Shown here one piece after another: positions 20,401 through 29,048 of a DNA stretch of 64,000 bases. The stretch is from NCBI GenBank assembly GCA_051003155.1, contig JBPCLO010000013.1, positions 64,001 to 128,000 of the forward strand, given 5' to 3'. The DNA is from Fimbriimonadales bacterium. GTDB taxonomy: Bacteria; Armatimonadota; Fimbriimonadia; Fimbriimonadales; ATM1. The notes beneath the pieces are model-generated. The model worked only from the letters and a program-made list of their open reading frames with translations. It was not told the DNA's origin and did no database searches. A program made the position numbers and the translations under genes. Every line of letters starts with the position of its first letter. Position 1 is the first letter of the stretch.

Positions 20401-20857
20401 TCAGCAGGCCGTCTACGCCGCCTTCGATCAGCGCCTTGAACGCCGCGTAGTAGCTATTGTGAACCTCGTCGAAACCGATATTGCCGAGCGTGATCAGCTT
20501 CGTGCCTGGCCCGATCGCGCCAAAGACGTACTTGCCCGGGCCGGAGGCGTCCCTTGCCTCGCAAGCGATTTCCGCGGCGGCGGCGGAGATCTCCACAAGG
20601 CGTTTGCCGATGTCGTACTCGTCCAAAACATAGTCGATTGCGCCGAATGTGTTCGTTTCGACGATGTCGGCGCCTGCATGGTAATAGCGCGCGTGGATGT
20701 CCCGAATCAGTTCGGGCCGCGTAATGCTGAGAATCTCGTTGCAGCCGTCAAGCCCGTCGAAGTCCTCCGCGGAGAGATCCACAGCCTGGATTTGAGTCCC
20801 CATCGCGCCGTCGCAGACGAGCACGCGCTGCCTCAGGGCTTCGATTAGGCTTGCCAT
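17420..20857 (-). CDS. metH: Cobalamin-dependent methionine synthase
   Basis: 'DGAMGT', 'GGCCGT', 'GERTNANGS', 'GDVHDIGKN' B12 motif, 'RYSFGYPACP'. Confidence 0.97.
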   Translation of the reverse strand: MASLIEALRQRVLVCDGAMGTQIQAVDLSAEDFDGLDGCNEILSITRPELIRDIHARYYHAGADIVETNTFGAIDYVLDEYDIGKRLVEISAAAAEIACEARDASGPGKYVFGAIGPGTKLITLGNIGFDEVHNSYYAAFKALIEGGVDGLLIETMQDLLNVKATVGGAIAALKEAGSSIPLFVQVTMEQTGTMLVGSEIGAAVNFLECFPEVTGIGINCATGPEEMQPHVRYLSQHSTRMISVLPNAGLPVMENGQAAYKLTPADLAEYQLKFATEFGVNIVGGCCGTTPDHIQAVTAAIGKMKPVGRQIEPLVGCSSLYQFQPYDQTPSFLIVGERTNANGSKLFRDLLAAEDWTALTELAREQEAEGAHVLDVCTAYVGRDEVKDMNRLLFDYAKQVTVPIMLDSTEWPVIEEALKRIPGKAIVNSINFEDGGERVERVLTLCQKYGAAVVGLTIDEDGMAKTADKKVAIAERILESTRAYGLPDHDVFIDTLTFTLGSGDEEFRKAGIETIGAIAKLVARNPDVNTLLGVSNISFGLKASSRYVLNSVFLHYCREAGLSSAIVNASKIMPESQVAPDLWELTRKLVYDERTEGYDPLVDFMSQFENIQSSRPTEDSLAALPIEDRLKGHIVNGIKKNLEENINEALKTYEPLQIINELLLDGMKEVGELFGAGKMQLPFVLQSAEVMKTAVRHLEPLMEKVEGDEKGSILLATVAGDVHDIGKNLVDIILSNNGYRVVNIGIKQPISAIISAAQENKVEAIGMSGLLVKSTLVMKENLVEMNDRGLQDFPVILGGAALTRAYVEQDLRSIYKGKLWYAQDAFEGLHIMESLDEVPASKDKEETEEPVYQRVTSHRLPDTNPELYAFAGVKSNVATDIETPQPPFMGRRIVEDIDIREVYPYINAIALFRGQWGFKRPKDMDNAQFNEYLEETARPVFARMQNELAEVFRPRVAYGYFPAQSCGNDLIIYHEDMEVARARFRFPRQSTDRRLCLADFFHSTESGKMDIAAFTIVTTGSEVSKLEREMFADGEYQDYLYVHGMGVETAEALAEYWHKRVREEWGFGGDDAQEIKLLFSTKYRGCRYSFGYPACPNIEDQATLFELLRPEEIGIELTEEFMLVPEQSTSAIVCHHPEAKYFNIR

Positions 20858-20891
20858 AGGTTCAATTATGGCAGTTACGGCTTAGTGTGGG

Positions 20892-20946
20892 CTTGGCGGC
20901 GGAGGCGAAGCCTTCCAAGCAAAGGAATCGCCTTCGCTCAGCCAAG
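20892..20946. other. Imperfect GC-rich hairpin between the oxidase gene stop and the metH promoter (terminator or REP-like)
   Basis: CTTGGCGGCGGAGGCGA..TTCC pairs with GGAA-TCGCCTTCGCTCAGCCAAG; no clear U-tract. Confidence 0.45.
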
Positions 20947-20953
20947 GGCTTGA

Positions 20954-22675
20954 TTAGCTGTCAGCCGGCGGGACTATCTTCACGTATTTCGCCATCTTGC
21001 ATCGCAAGGGCTGGCCGTTGTCGCCCGGTTTCAGGACGAACAGCATGTACCACCCGTAGGGAGCGACGACGTTGCTTACCGGGCCGCTGAACGATTTCAC
21101 CAGGCCGGTTCCGCCCAACGTTACCGGTATATAACGGGCGTTCATGTCTACGCTGTTGGTTATTGCGCCTAAGGCAATTAGACACGCTTGGTTCACGTTG
21201 GAATTGCTCACCGTCACCGTGTTGTTTGCGCTTCCAATCGCGATCTGATCGGGGCCGGCCGTAATTTCGGGCCGCGTTCCAGGGGCATAGTCGGGCAAGT
21301 AGATCTGAGCGGATGGCGGCTGTGTCGAATACTCGGTAGGCCAGCCTACATCTCCGCCGCCCAAGTAGACGCGGGCGTCTGGAAGCAGCCCGATCGTCGA
21401 ATGATATCCTCGGAAAACCGGGTTCAGTATGGTGCCGATCGCCGCGACCGATGTCCATATATCAGTAACGGGGTTCCAGATTTCAGCTGACTGAACCCAA
21501 TTGGCAGTAAGCTCGCGGCACCAGGGCGCATGATTTTGTAAACCACATCTGCCGTGGTACTTCGTGGCGCCCGCCGCGAACACGCGTCCGGTTGGAAGAA
21601 CGGCCATATTGTGATCGATACGCAAGCTGTTCATGTCGGCCTTGTACGTCCAAAGCGAGCCGAGCATCGTCTGTGTGATGTCGATGATTTGCGTGTTCGT
21701 GGTCGCTTCCATCCGGTCGATCGTGCCTCCGTATCGCTTGCCGGTGAACGGATCGGGCTCGTTGTTTGGATCGCGCGACTCGACGTCGCCTGTCACCAAG
21801 ACGAAGCCGGGCTTGTACATGATCGGCGTTCCGTGCCAAAGGTCGGCGTTTCCTCCGTAGGGAATCCTACCGCCAATACTTGCGCCCGACGTGTCGAACG
21901 TGAAGGTGTCATAACTTTCGAGGCCGCCTGTGCCATGGTGCCTTCCGCCGCCTGCGAAGAACACTTCGGTAGCTGAGATCGGGTAGATGAATGGATAGTT
22001 AAGCAGGTCGTAGTCGTCCAATTCCGGCATGAGCCACGGCGCCAGCAGGTTCGTGACGCTCGGGTTCATCTCGAACGGCTCGACGACGAACGCCGTTTCG
22101 TCCCCGGGTGTGTCGGGGTCATCCTCCATAGCCTGACCGGCGAATGTCCCGATCCTGCCTCCCGGCATTCGGATTGTGGTTGGGTAGTAGCGAGCCTTGT
22201 TAAGCCAGTACGACTCCGGGGACTCGAGCCACATGTTCGTCGCCGGGTTGTAAGTGGCGACATATCTGAGTGGCACGTGGTCAGAATTGAAGTTAGTTCC
22301 TGTTATCGCGATCTTGCCGTCCTCCATCAAGGTCTGGCCACAGCAGAACGCTTCGTAGGTGAGCGAGAAAGGCTCCGGCAAGGTTCTGCCAAACGTCCCG
22401 AACCCAGATTCCCATGCCATGGCCGGGGTCCAAGTATGTGGGCGGACGCCTGAGTCGCCGAAGTTGTTCCGACCCCAGAAGATGATCTTGCCCCTGTTTC
22501 CCATCGCGGGGTTAGTCGGCGGGACGTGGACCCAGTGAATCGCTCTGCCGGATCGCTCCTGCGGCCAACCCTGAGCTCCACCGATCCATTGCCAAGTGGT
22601 CGGGGGCTGCTGCGCCGAAGCCGTCGATATCAATGCAGCCGCAACTGAAGCAGCCGCAAGCCTAAGTGTATTCAT
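20954..22675 (-). CDS. Secreted galactose-oxidase-like (AA5 copper radical oxidase fold, Kelch + DUF1929) protein
   Basis: Signal peptide; 'AFCCG', 'RYYPT', 'RGYHS..LLPDARV..GGG', C-terminal 'APYGWYMLFV'; GGAG SD. Confidence 0.85.
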   Translation of the reverse strand: MNTLRLAAASVAAALISTASAQQPPTTWQWIGGAQGWPQERSGRAIHWVHVPPTNPAMGNRGKIIFWGRNNFGDSGVRPHTWTPAMAWESGFGTFGRTLPEPFSLTYEAFCCGQTLMEDGKIAITGTNFNSDHVPLRYVATYNPATNMWLESPESYWLNKARYYPTTIRMPGGRIGTFAGQAMEDDPDTPGDETAFVVEPFEMNPSVTNLLAPWLMPELDDYDLLNYPFIYPISATEVFFAGGGRHHGTGGLESYDTFTFDTSGASIGGRIPYGGNADLWHGTPIMYKPGFVLVTGDVESRDPNNEPDPFTGKRYGGTIDRMEATTNTQIIDITQTMLGSLWTYKADMNSLRIDHNMAVLPTGRVFAAGATKYHGRCGLQNHAPWCRELTANWVQSAEIWNPVTDIWTSVAAIGTILNPVFRGYHSTIGLLPDARVYLGGGDVGWPTEYSTQPPSAQIYLPDYAPGTRPEITAGPDQIAIGSANNTVTVSNSNVNQACLIALGAITNSVDMNARYIPVTLGGTGLVKSFSGPVSNVVAPYGWYMLFVLKPGDNGQPLRCKMAKYVKIVPPADS

Positions 22676-22687
22676 TTGTCCTCTCCT

Positions 22688-23743
22688 TTATTGTGATCTT
22701 CGTCGTCGTGATCGACGCGAAATCGTTAGCGCGCAGATTGCAAGCGCAAGCGAAATCAATGCTGATGGCTCCGGTACAGGGTTGAGGACGAGCCAGCGAG
22801 CCTCTCCTCTCAGACCACCCCCCGCCAGCACCTGGCCGGCATCATTCACGGCGACTCCAAGAGTTATTCTGTAATCTGTTCCCCCCGCCACTAGGTCAGC
22901 AAGCTTGTACAGGTTCCCTTTCTCCCACAGGAACCCGTGAAGTATGCCCTGCGAGTCGTTTGACCAGCCGACAACTTGGGACCGATCGTTGACGTCGTAA
23001 GCCTTACCAACGTTCCCGAAATCGCCAAGGTCGATTGCCTTGCCATCCCGCCAGAGAACCGGGCGCTGCCCGCCCCCGGTTACAAAGGCCATGCCCGCGA
23101 TTTCACCAAGCTCATTGATTTCTCCGCTTTCGCTAAAGTCCGACCAAGAAGGGTTTATGTCGTAGAGCTTCCCCTCGATCCAACGGGCGGCGTGCAGCGT
23201 GGGGCCGCCGTCGTCGACATTGATTGCGCCCGCAACAACGCCTGAGTCGTTGATGGAGCTTCCGCCGCCCCGATCTTCCGGCGAGCCCAGATAATCGATA
23301 TTCCCGTCCTCCCAAATGAACGGCCGGCCGAATACCCTTCCCGTCACCTGCGCGAGGTTGTTGAGCCCCCGCGCCGCGGGGAACTGCGGGCCAGCCGGCA
23401 AGTTCATATCGAACACCTTGCCGTTTCTGTAGAAGATCGAATGCTGTGAGTCCGTGCCCAGTGGGTCGTGGCCCAGCGCGTCTCCATTGTCCGCAAGGTC
23501 GCTGAGGCCCCACGGATGGCCCATGTACTTCGGCAGCATCCGCAACTGTCCATTCTCCACGACGCAAGCTTGGTTCTGGTGATCGTTAAGCCTGATGTTC
23601 GCGCCGACGACCCCCTGATCGTTGATGTCGTTCGCCAGAAACCGCTCACCGAACATCTCCGTGAGGTCGATCACCTCGTACATCGGCTGCGCATCAAACG
23701 CAGAGAAGGCTAAGCAAACAGCGAATACCCCTGACGATCGCAT
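22688..23743 (-). CDS. HAF-repeat extracellular protein with PEP-CTERM sorting signal
   Basis: Repeats 'A.DIND.G.V.G..W..G...DL'; C-terminal VPEPS + TM helix + RRSRRRR; ATG 23743 follows TACAAT. Confidence 0.9.
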   Translation of the reverse strand: MRSSGVFAVCLAFSAFDAQPMYEVIDLTEMFGERFLANDINDQGVVGANIRLNDHQNQACVVENGQLRMLPKYMGHPWGLSDLADNGDALGHDPLGTDSQHSIFYRNGKVFDMNLPAGPQFPAARGLNNLAQVTGRVFGRPFIWEDGNIDYLGSPEDRGGGSSINDSGVVAGAINVDDGGPTLHAARWIEGKLYDINPSWSDFSESGEINELGEIAGMAFVTGGGQRPVLWRDGKAIDLGDFGNVGKAYDVNDRSQVVGWSNDSQGILHGFLWEKGNLYKLADLVAGGTDYRITLGVAVNDAGQVLAGGGLRGEARWLVLNPVPEPSALISLALAICALTISRRSRRRRSQ

Positions 23744-23830
23744 GCTTGCATTGTACAGAAAAACGAGGCTTTGCAAGCTGATCTTAAACGCGATGCTTCT
23801 CGGCCCCGCGAATTAGAGGCGATCGAGGCG

Positions 23831-23843
23831 ATTGTATTACAAT
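23831..23843. promoter_or_regulatory. Palindrome ATTGTA-T-TACAAT containing the -10 of the CBM9-glcD unit (possible operator)
   Basis: Perfect 6-1-6 inverted repeat; its TACAAT half is 8 nt before ATG 23852. Confidence 0.5.
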
Positions 23844-23851
23844 GCGAACAA

Positions 23852-24868
23852 ATGCTACCGCTTTGCATTTTCATCGCCACGGCCGGGCCGCTCGACAATC
23901 CTCCGCACCCGAACGGTTATGTGTGCGGTCGCGGGACGCCGTCCATCGACGGCCGGCTCGCGGATCCCGCGTGGGAAGACGCCCCTTGGACCGAGGACTT
24001 CGTGGACATCGAGGGCAATCTGAAGCCGCTCCCCCGCTTCAAAACGCACGCCAAGATGCTGTGGAACGACGAGTACTTCTACGTGGGCGTAGAAATGGAG
24101 GAACCGCACGTCTGGGCCACTCTAACCAAACACGATTCGGTGATCTTTTACGACAACGATTTCGAGGTCTTCGTCGACCCGGACGCCGACAACCAGAATT
24201 ATTACGAAATCGAGATCAACGCGCTAAATACCGAATGGGACTTGCGATTACCGAAGGCCTACCGTGACGGCGGGCCGGCTCTGGATAGTTGGGAAATACC
24301 GGGACTCAGACACGCGGTGCACGTCGAGGGGACGCTGAACAATCCCCACGACACCGACAAGGGCTGGAGCGTGGAGATCGCCATTCCTTGGAAGGCGCTC
24401 GGCGAATTCGCCGTCTGCCCGTCGCCTCCGGCGGAGGGCGACCAGTGGCGGGTTAATTTGTCTCGGGTCGAATGGACGACCGACATTGTGGACGGAAAGT
24501 ACGTAAAGATTCCGAAAAGGCGCGAGGATAACTGGGTCTGGTCTCCTCAGTGGGTGATCGATATGCATCAGCCGCAAATGTGGGGTTATGTTCGATTCGC
24601 AACTTCGAAGGCAGATTTTCGCCAGGACGAAACGCACGTTGCGCGGATGTTCCTGCATCGGGTTTATTACAAGCAAAAGGAGCGCGTCTCGAAGGGCTTC
24701 GCCGGTTCGCTTGCCGCTTTGGGCTTGAAGCCACCCGATGGAGTCTTCTTGCGCGAGCCCCGCGTTTTCATAACACCCACCGGCTACGAGGCGAGCGGGA
24801 TCGTTTCGGTGGAAGGCAAACCGCGCCGGCTTACGATACGAGAAGATTCGAGGATTATCCTCGAATGA
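23852..24868 (+). CDS. Carbohydrate-binding family 9-like (DOMON-type) protein
   Basis: 'IDGRL.DPAW..APWT..FVDIEG', 'DNDFEVF.DPD', 'YYEIEINA', 'WSVEIAIPW'. Confidence 0.85.
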   Translation: MLPLCIFIATAGPLDNPPHPNGYVCGRGTPSIDGRLADPAWEDAPWTEDFVDIEGNLKPLPRFKTHAKMLWNDEYFYVGVEMEEPHVWATLTKHDSVIFYDNDFEVFVDPDADNQNYYEIEINALNTEWDLRLPKAYRDGGPALDSWEIPGLRHAVHVEGTLNNPHDTDKGWSVEIAIPWKALGEFAVCPSPPAEGDQWRVNLSRVEWTTDIVDGKYVKIPKRREDNWVWSPQWVIDMHQPQMWGYVRFATSKADFRQDETHVARMFLHRVYYKQKERVSKGFAGSLAALGLKPPDGVFLREPRVFITPTGYEASGIVSVEGKPRRLTIREDSRIILE

Positions 24869-26283
24869 CCGAAGAAGAGCTTGCTCTCCGCTTAGTGGAT
24901 GTATTGTCGCCCGGCCAAGTGATGAGCGGCGAGGCGGTGGAGCGGGCCTACGATTGCGACGCCTACACGGTGCACCGAGCGCACCCGCAGGCGGTCGTCT
25001 TTCCGAAGACAAGCGCGGAGGTTCAAAAGATCGTCCGCTGGTGTATCGAAAACGGTGTGCCATACACTCCCCGAGGCGCCGGGACAGGGCTTAGCGGAGG
25101 CTCGATGCCTGCCCACGGCGGTGTTATTGTTGCGCTGACGCGCATGCGCGAGATTCTACAGGTCGACATCGAGAACCGGACAATGCTCGCACAAGCCGGA
25201 TGCCCGAACTTGGCGCTCAGCAAAGCTGTCGAGGCCCATTGCCTCCACTTCGCGCCCGACCCGAGCAGCCAGACAGTGTGCACTCTCGGCGGAAACATCA
25301 ACGAGAATAGTGGGGGCCCGCACACCCTGAAATACGGCGTGACTGCCGACCACGTGCTGGCGGTCACGTTGGTTGACTGCGAAGGTGAGATTCGAACCTT
25401 TGGAGGCGTGGTGGGCGGCTCGCCGGGATTGGACCTCCTCGGTTTCGTGATCGGCAGCGAGGGAACCCTCGGCATCGTTACGGAAGCGCTGGTGCGCCTC
25501 ACACCCAACCCGATTAATATCAGGACGATGCTAGCAGCCTTCGCAAATTCGGACCAGGCCACCAACACCGTGAGCCTGATCATCGCGTCTGGAATTATTC
25601 CGGCTGCTATGGAGTTTATGGACGCAACGATTCTGCAGGCCGTCGAGGCGGCCTTCCACACCGGTTTGCCGACAGACGCAGGGGCTCTATTGCTCATTGA
25701 ATGCGACGGCGATAATGCCGAGTCCGAAATCGCTTCCGCGGAAGAGATCGCGCGCGCGCAAAAGGCGGTCCAGATAAGAATCGCCGAGGATGCGGACCAC
25801 CGCGCAAAGTTATGGATTGCGCGCAAGAAAAGTATCGGCGCGATCGGCCGCATTTCTTTGAGCATGGTGACGCATGACGGCGTTATTCCGCGGTCAAAAC
25901 TCCCGGAGGTTTTGGATTTCGTTTATAAGACCGCCGAACAATATGGCCTGCGCGTCGCGAATATATTTCACGCCGGAGACGGTAACCTCCACCCGATATT
26001 CCTTTTCGATGACAGAAATCCAGAAGAAGTGGACGCAGTCGTCGCCGCAGGTGAGGCCGTCATCAGGAAATGCCTTGCGGAAGGCGGAAGCGTTACCGGC
26101 GAGCACGGCATCGGAGTCGAAAAGATCGATCTCCTGGCCGAAATGTTCGCGCCCGAAGACCTGCGAATGCAAGAGGACCTGCGACGCGCTTTCAACGATG
26201 GCAACTTGTGCAATCCAGGCAAAGTACTGCCCTCCCAGAAGTCTTGTGTCGAGGTCAAGGTGCGCCGCCGCGCCGCCCACTAA
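24865..26283 (+). CDS. glcD: Glycolate oxidase FAD-linked subunit GlcD-like
   Basis: 'PRGAGTGLSGG', 'PDPSSQ', 'GSEGTLG', 'HAGDGNLHP', 'GEHGIG'; ATGA overlap with upstream gene. Confidence 0.9.
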   Translation: MTEEELALRLVDVLSPGQVMSGEAVERAYDCDAYTVHRAHPQAVVFPKTSAEVQKIVRWCIENGVPYTPRGAGTGLSGGSMPAHGGVIVALTRMREILQVDIENRTMLAQAGCPNLALSKAVEAHCLHFAPDPSSQTVCTLGGNINENSGGPHTLKYGVTADHVLAVTLVDCEGEIRTFGGVVGGSPGLDLLGFVIGSEGTLGIVTEALVRLTPNPINIRTMLAAFANSDQATNTVSLIIASGIIPAAMEFMDATILQAVEAAFHTGLPTDAGALLLIECDGDNAESEIASAEEIARAQKAVQIRIAEDADHRAKLWIARKKSIGAIGRISLSMVTHDGVIPRSKLPEVLDFVYKTAEQYGLRVANIFHAGDGNLHPIFLFDDRNPEEVDAVVAAGEAVIRKCLAEGGSVTGEHGIGVEKIDLLAEMFAPEDLRMQEDLRRAFNDGNLCNPGKVLPSQKSCVEVKVRRRAAH

Positions 26284-26300
26284 CGGGTAGTCTTTCCGGC

Positions 26301-28202
26301 GTGATTCTGTCGGTTTCGAACATAACGAAGGCCTTCGGCGCGGAGGAGATTCTTCGCGGCGCGAGCTTGCGCGTAGAAAGCGGCGAGAAAGTTGCTCTCG
26401 TGGGCAGGAACGGTACTGGGAAGACCACACTGCTCAAGATCATCGCCGGGCAAATGCGGGCCGATTCGGGAAGCTACCACCTTGCAAAGGGAGCGAAAGT
26501 CGGCTACCTTCGGCAGGAGGCGCCCGTCGACCCAAACCGGACTGTCCTGGGAGAGGCCGAGGAGGCGCGCCGCAAGGTTCTCGAGTTGAGGAAGCGGCTG
26601 GACGACCTCGAGCTAAGGCTTTCGCAAAAGCCGACTGAGGAAGAAATCGAAGAATACGCCGTTCTCCATGAGCACTTCTTGGATGAAGAGGGGTACGCGG
26701 CGGAGCACGACATGCGCGCTGTGCTCCAGCGCATGGGGTTCAGCGAAAGTGATTTCGATAAGCCGGCATCTTCCTTGAGCGGCGGCGAAAAAACGAGGCT
26801 TGCGCTGGCAAGAATGCTTTTGGAAGAGCCTGACTTGCTGATACTCGACGAGCCGACGAACCATCTCGACCTGGAGGCCACCGAATGGCTGGAAAATTGG
26901 CTTAAGAATTATCGAGGATCCGCGATCATCGTTTCTCACGACCGCGAATTTCTTCAAAATGTTTCGCAAAGAATTATCGAAGTAAACGAAGGTCAAACAC
27001 GAAGTTGGCCCGGGCCCTTCGATAAATACCTGTTGCTCAAGATAGAAGACGAGCAGGGTCAAGCTGACCTTGCCAAAAAACAGCAGCAGGAAATGGCGAA
27101 GCTCGACGAGTACGTGAGGCGTTTTCTTAACTCCGAGCGTGTGGCTCAAGCTCGCGGCCGAAAGCGCCACCTCGACCGCATGAAAGCGAATCTGATCACG
27201 GGTCCTAAAACTATACGCGGGATAGCCGGCGGTTTTTCTGAGGTCGCGCGCAGCGGCGATCTTGTACTCGCTTGCAAGGGTCTTGGCATGCAATACGGCG
27301 GCCGCGTTCTCTTTTCGAAGCTGGATTGGACGGTTACACGCGGAGACAAGTGGGGTGTTGTCGGCCAAAACGGGGCCGGAAAGTCGACTCTAATCCGGAA
27401 TGCACTTGGACTTTTGGAACCGACGGAAGGTTCGGCAAAAATCGGCGCGAATATCACCATCGGATACTTTTCTCAGGACACGGTGGACCTCGACCCTGAG
27501 CTTACGCCACTCGAAATGATGAATTGGGAGTGTGACCTTGATTATCCGGCCGCGAGAAATCTTTTGGCGAGATTCTTGATCACTGGCGACCAGGTATATC
27601 AGCAGATAAAGACCCTCAGCGGTGGCGAGAAAAATAAACTCGTTCTGGCTAAAATTACGGCTCTAAAACCCAATCTCTTAGTTTTAGACGAGCCGACCAA
27701 CCACTTGGATATGGATTCGAGGGACGCGCTGGCGGATGTAATCAAGGAGTTCACGGGCTCCGTAATTCTTGTTTCCCACGACCGTTGGTTGCTCTCGCAG
27801 GTCACGACCCGGACCATGGACGTCAGATCGGACACAATTGTTCAGTCCATAGGTTCGTATGCGGAGTACCGTCGTGACCGGGATTCAGGTGAGCCGCTCG
27901 AGCAGGCGCCCGTCGATTCGCAGCCGGAAAGACGAGTGGAAGTTTCGCAAAGGGAAATCAGCAAGAGGATCGAACGTCTGGAAAAGAGCGTTGAGCGGTT
28001 TGAAGCCGAAATAATCGAGGTTGAGGATGAGCTGAAAACCCACGAAGAGGTCCTCGCCGGGCTGCCACCTGAGGCAGATTTCGTCGGCGAAACAAGAAAG
28101 CATGCAGAAATCGAGCGGCGGCTGGCGCAAAAACTGGTCGATTGGGAAAACCACAGTGCGGAACTCGACGATTTGCGCTCGAAGCAAGGTGCGGCTGTTT
28201 GA
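26301..28202 (+). CDS. ABC-F family ATP-binding protein
   Basis: Two ABC cassettes (GRNGTGKT, GQNGAGKS; LSGGE; LDEPTNHLD twice), no TM segments, C-terminal coiled coil; GTG start 26301. Confidence 0.93.
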   Translation: MILSVSNITKAFGAEEILRGASLRVESGEKVALVGRNGTGKTTLLKIIAGQMRADSGSYHLAKGAKVGYLRQEAPVDPNRTVLGEAEEARRKVLELRKRLDDLELRLSQKPTEEEIEEYAVLHEHFLDEEGYAAEHDMRAVLQRMGFSESDFDKPASSLSGGEKTRLALARMLLEEPDLLILDEPTNHLDLEATEWLENWLKNYRGSAIIVSHDREFLQNVSQRIIEVNEGQTRSWPGPFDKYLLLKIEDEQGQADLAKKQQQEMAKLDEYVRRFLNSERVAQARGRKRHLDRMKANLITGPKTIRGIAGGFSEVARSGDLVLACKGLGMQYGGRVLFSKLDWTVTRGDKWGVVGQNGAGKSTLIRNALGLLEPTEGSAKIGANITIGYFSQDTVDLDPELTPLEMMNWECDLDYPAARNLLARFLITGDQVYQQIKTLSGGEKNKLVLAKITALKPNLLVLDEPTNHLDMDSRDALADVIKEFTGSVILVSHDRWLLSQVTTRTMDVRSDTIVQSIGSYAEYRRDRDSGEPLEQAPVDSQPERRVEVSQREISKRIERLEKSVERFEAEIIEVEDELKTHEEVLAGLPPEADFVGETRKHAEIERRLAQKLVDWENHSAELDDLRSKQGAAV

Positions 28203-29048
28203 ATGGATCATGCTCCTTCGACGGCAAAAGAAGCCGCCGACATCATCCGCGCAGGCGGGCCTTTCGTAATTCGCGGCACGGAAACCAAGCGTGATTTTGG
28301 CTGCCCGATGGGTGTCGGGGAAACGATCTTTACAAGGAACCTCTCCGGCATCGTCGAGTGGTCCCCGGAAGATCTCGTCACGGTCGTGCGAGCGGGCACG
28401 CTCATTTCCGAGCTTCAGGCAGAACTGGCAACCCGTAACCAATGCCTCCCCTTGCCGCCTTCGGCCAACGGCGTCGAGCGACTCACGGCCGGGATGACGG
28501 GCACGGTCGGCGGCTTGGTGTCCGCCAACCTGCCGACTCGGTGGGATAGCGCGACCAACAGCGTTCGCTATTGGGTCCTCGGCATGACGATCGTTCGCGC
28601 CGATGGGGCGATTGCAAGGTGCGGCAGCAAGGCGGTCAAGAATGTAGCTGGCTACGATGCACAGAAGCTCTTCATAGGGGCTTGGGGAACGCTCGGCCTT
28701 ATCACGGAGGTGATCCTGAGGGTCAAGACGATTACCGGAAACCCGGAACCGCCCATTCGATGCGAGTGGGACGGAAGCGCACCACTGATGGTCTGCAGGA
28801 CCCCACTCTCCGAAGGGCCGGCGTTCGCTGCCGGCATTCCGAATTCTGTCCTCGGTACACAAACCGGCACGATATGGGCACCGGCGCCGAAAACCATCGC
28901 ACCACCAGAGCGAGGATGGGCAATTTTCGCTGGGCACGGACGTCACAACTTCGGCGGCTTCGGGCCGAATGAGGACCTGATGATAAGGGTCAAAGACCGG
29001 CTAGACCCCGATCGCAAATTCAACCCTGGCCAGATGGGAATCTTTTGA
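28203..29048 (+). CDS. glcE: Glycolate oxidase subunit GlcE-like FAD-binding protein
   Basis: 'V.RAGT', 'GTVGGLVSAN', 'KNVAGYD..KL.IG.WGTLGLITEV', 'DP...FNPG'. Confidence 0.85.
   Translation: MDHAPSTAKEAADIIRAGGPFVIRGTETKRDFGCPMGVGETIFTRNLSGIVEWSPEDLVTVVRAGTLISELQAELATRNQCLPLPPSANGVERLTAGMTGTVGGLVSANLPTRWDSATNSVRYWVLGMTIVRADGAIARCGSKAVKNVAGYDAQKLFIGAWGTLGLITEVILRVKTITGNPEPPIRCEWDGSAPLMVCRTPLSEGPAFAAGIPNSVLGTQTGTIWAPAPKTIAPPERGWAIFAGHGRHNFGGFGPNEDLMIRVKDRLDPDRKFNPGQMGIF

Noticed and set aside
20858..20953. SAM or cobalamin riboswitch upstream of metH
   Set aside because: No recognisable aptamer motifs; the -10 box lies 7 nt from the ATG, so the hairpin would fall outside the metH transcript.
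24550..26300. Long N-terminal extensions in the ORF track (glcD from 24550, ABC-F from 26070; likewise 2304, 14762, 32862, 33776, 51196)
   Set aside because: They overlap neighbouring real genes; downstream starts match family N-termini and the -10 or stop-start coupling signals.
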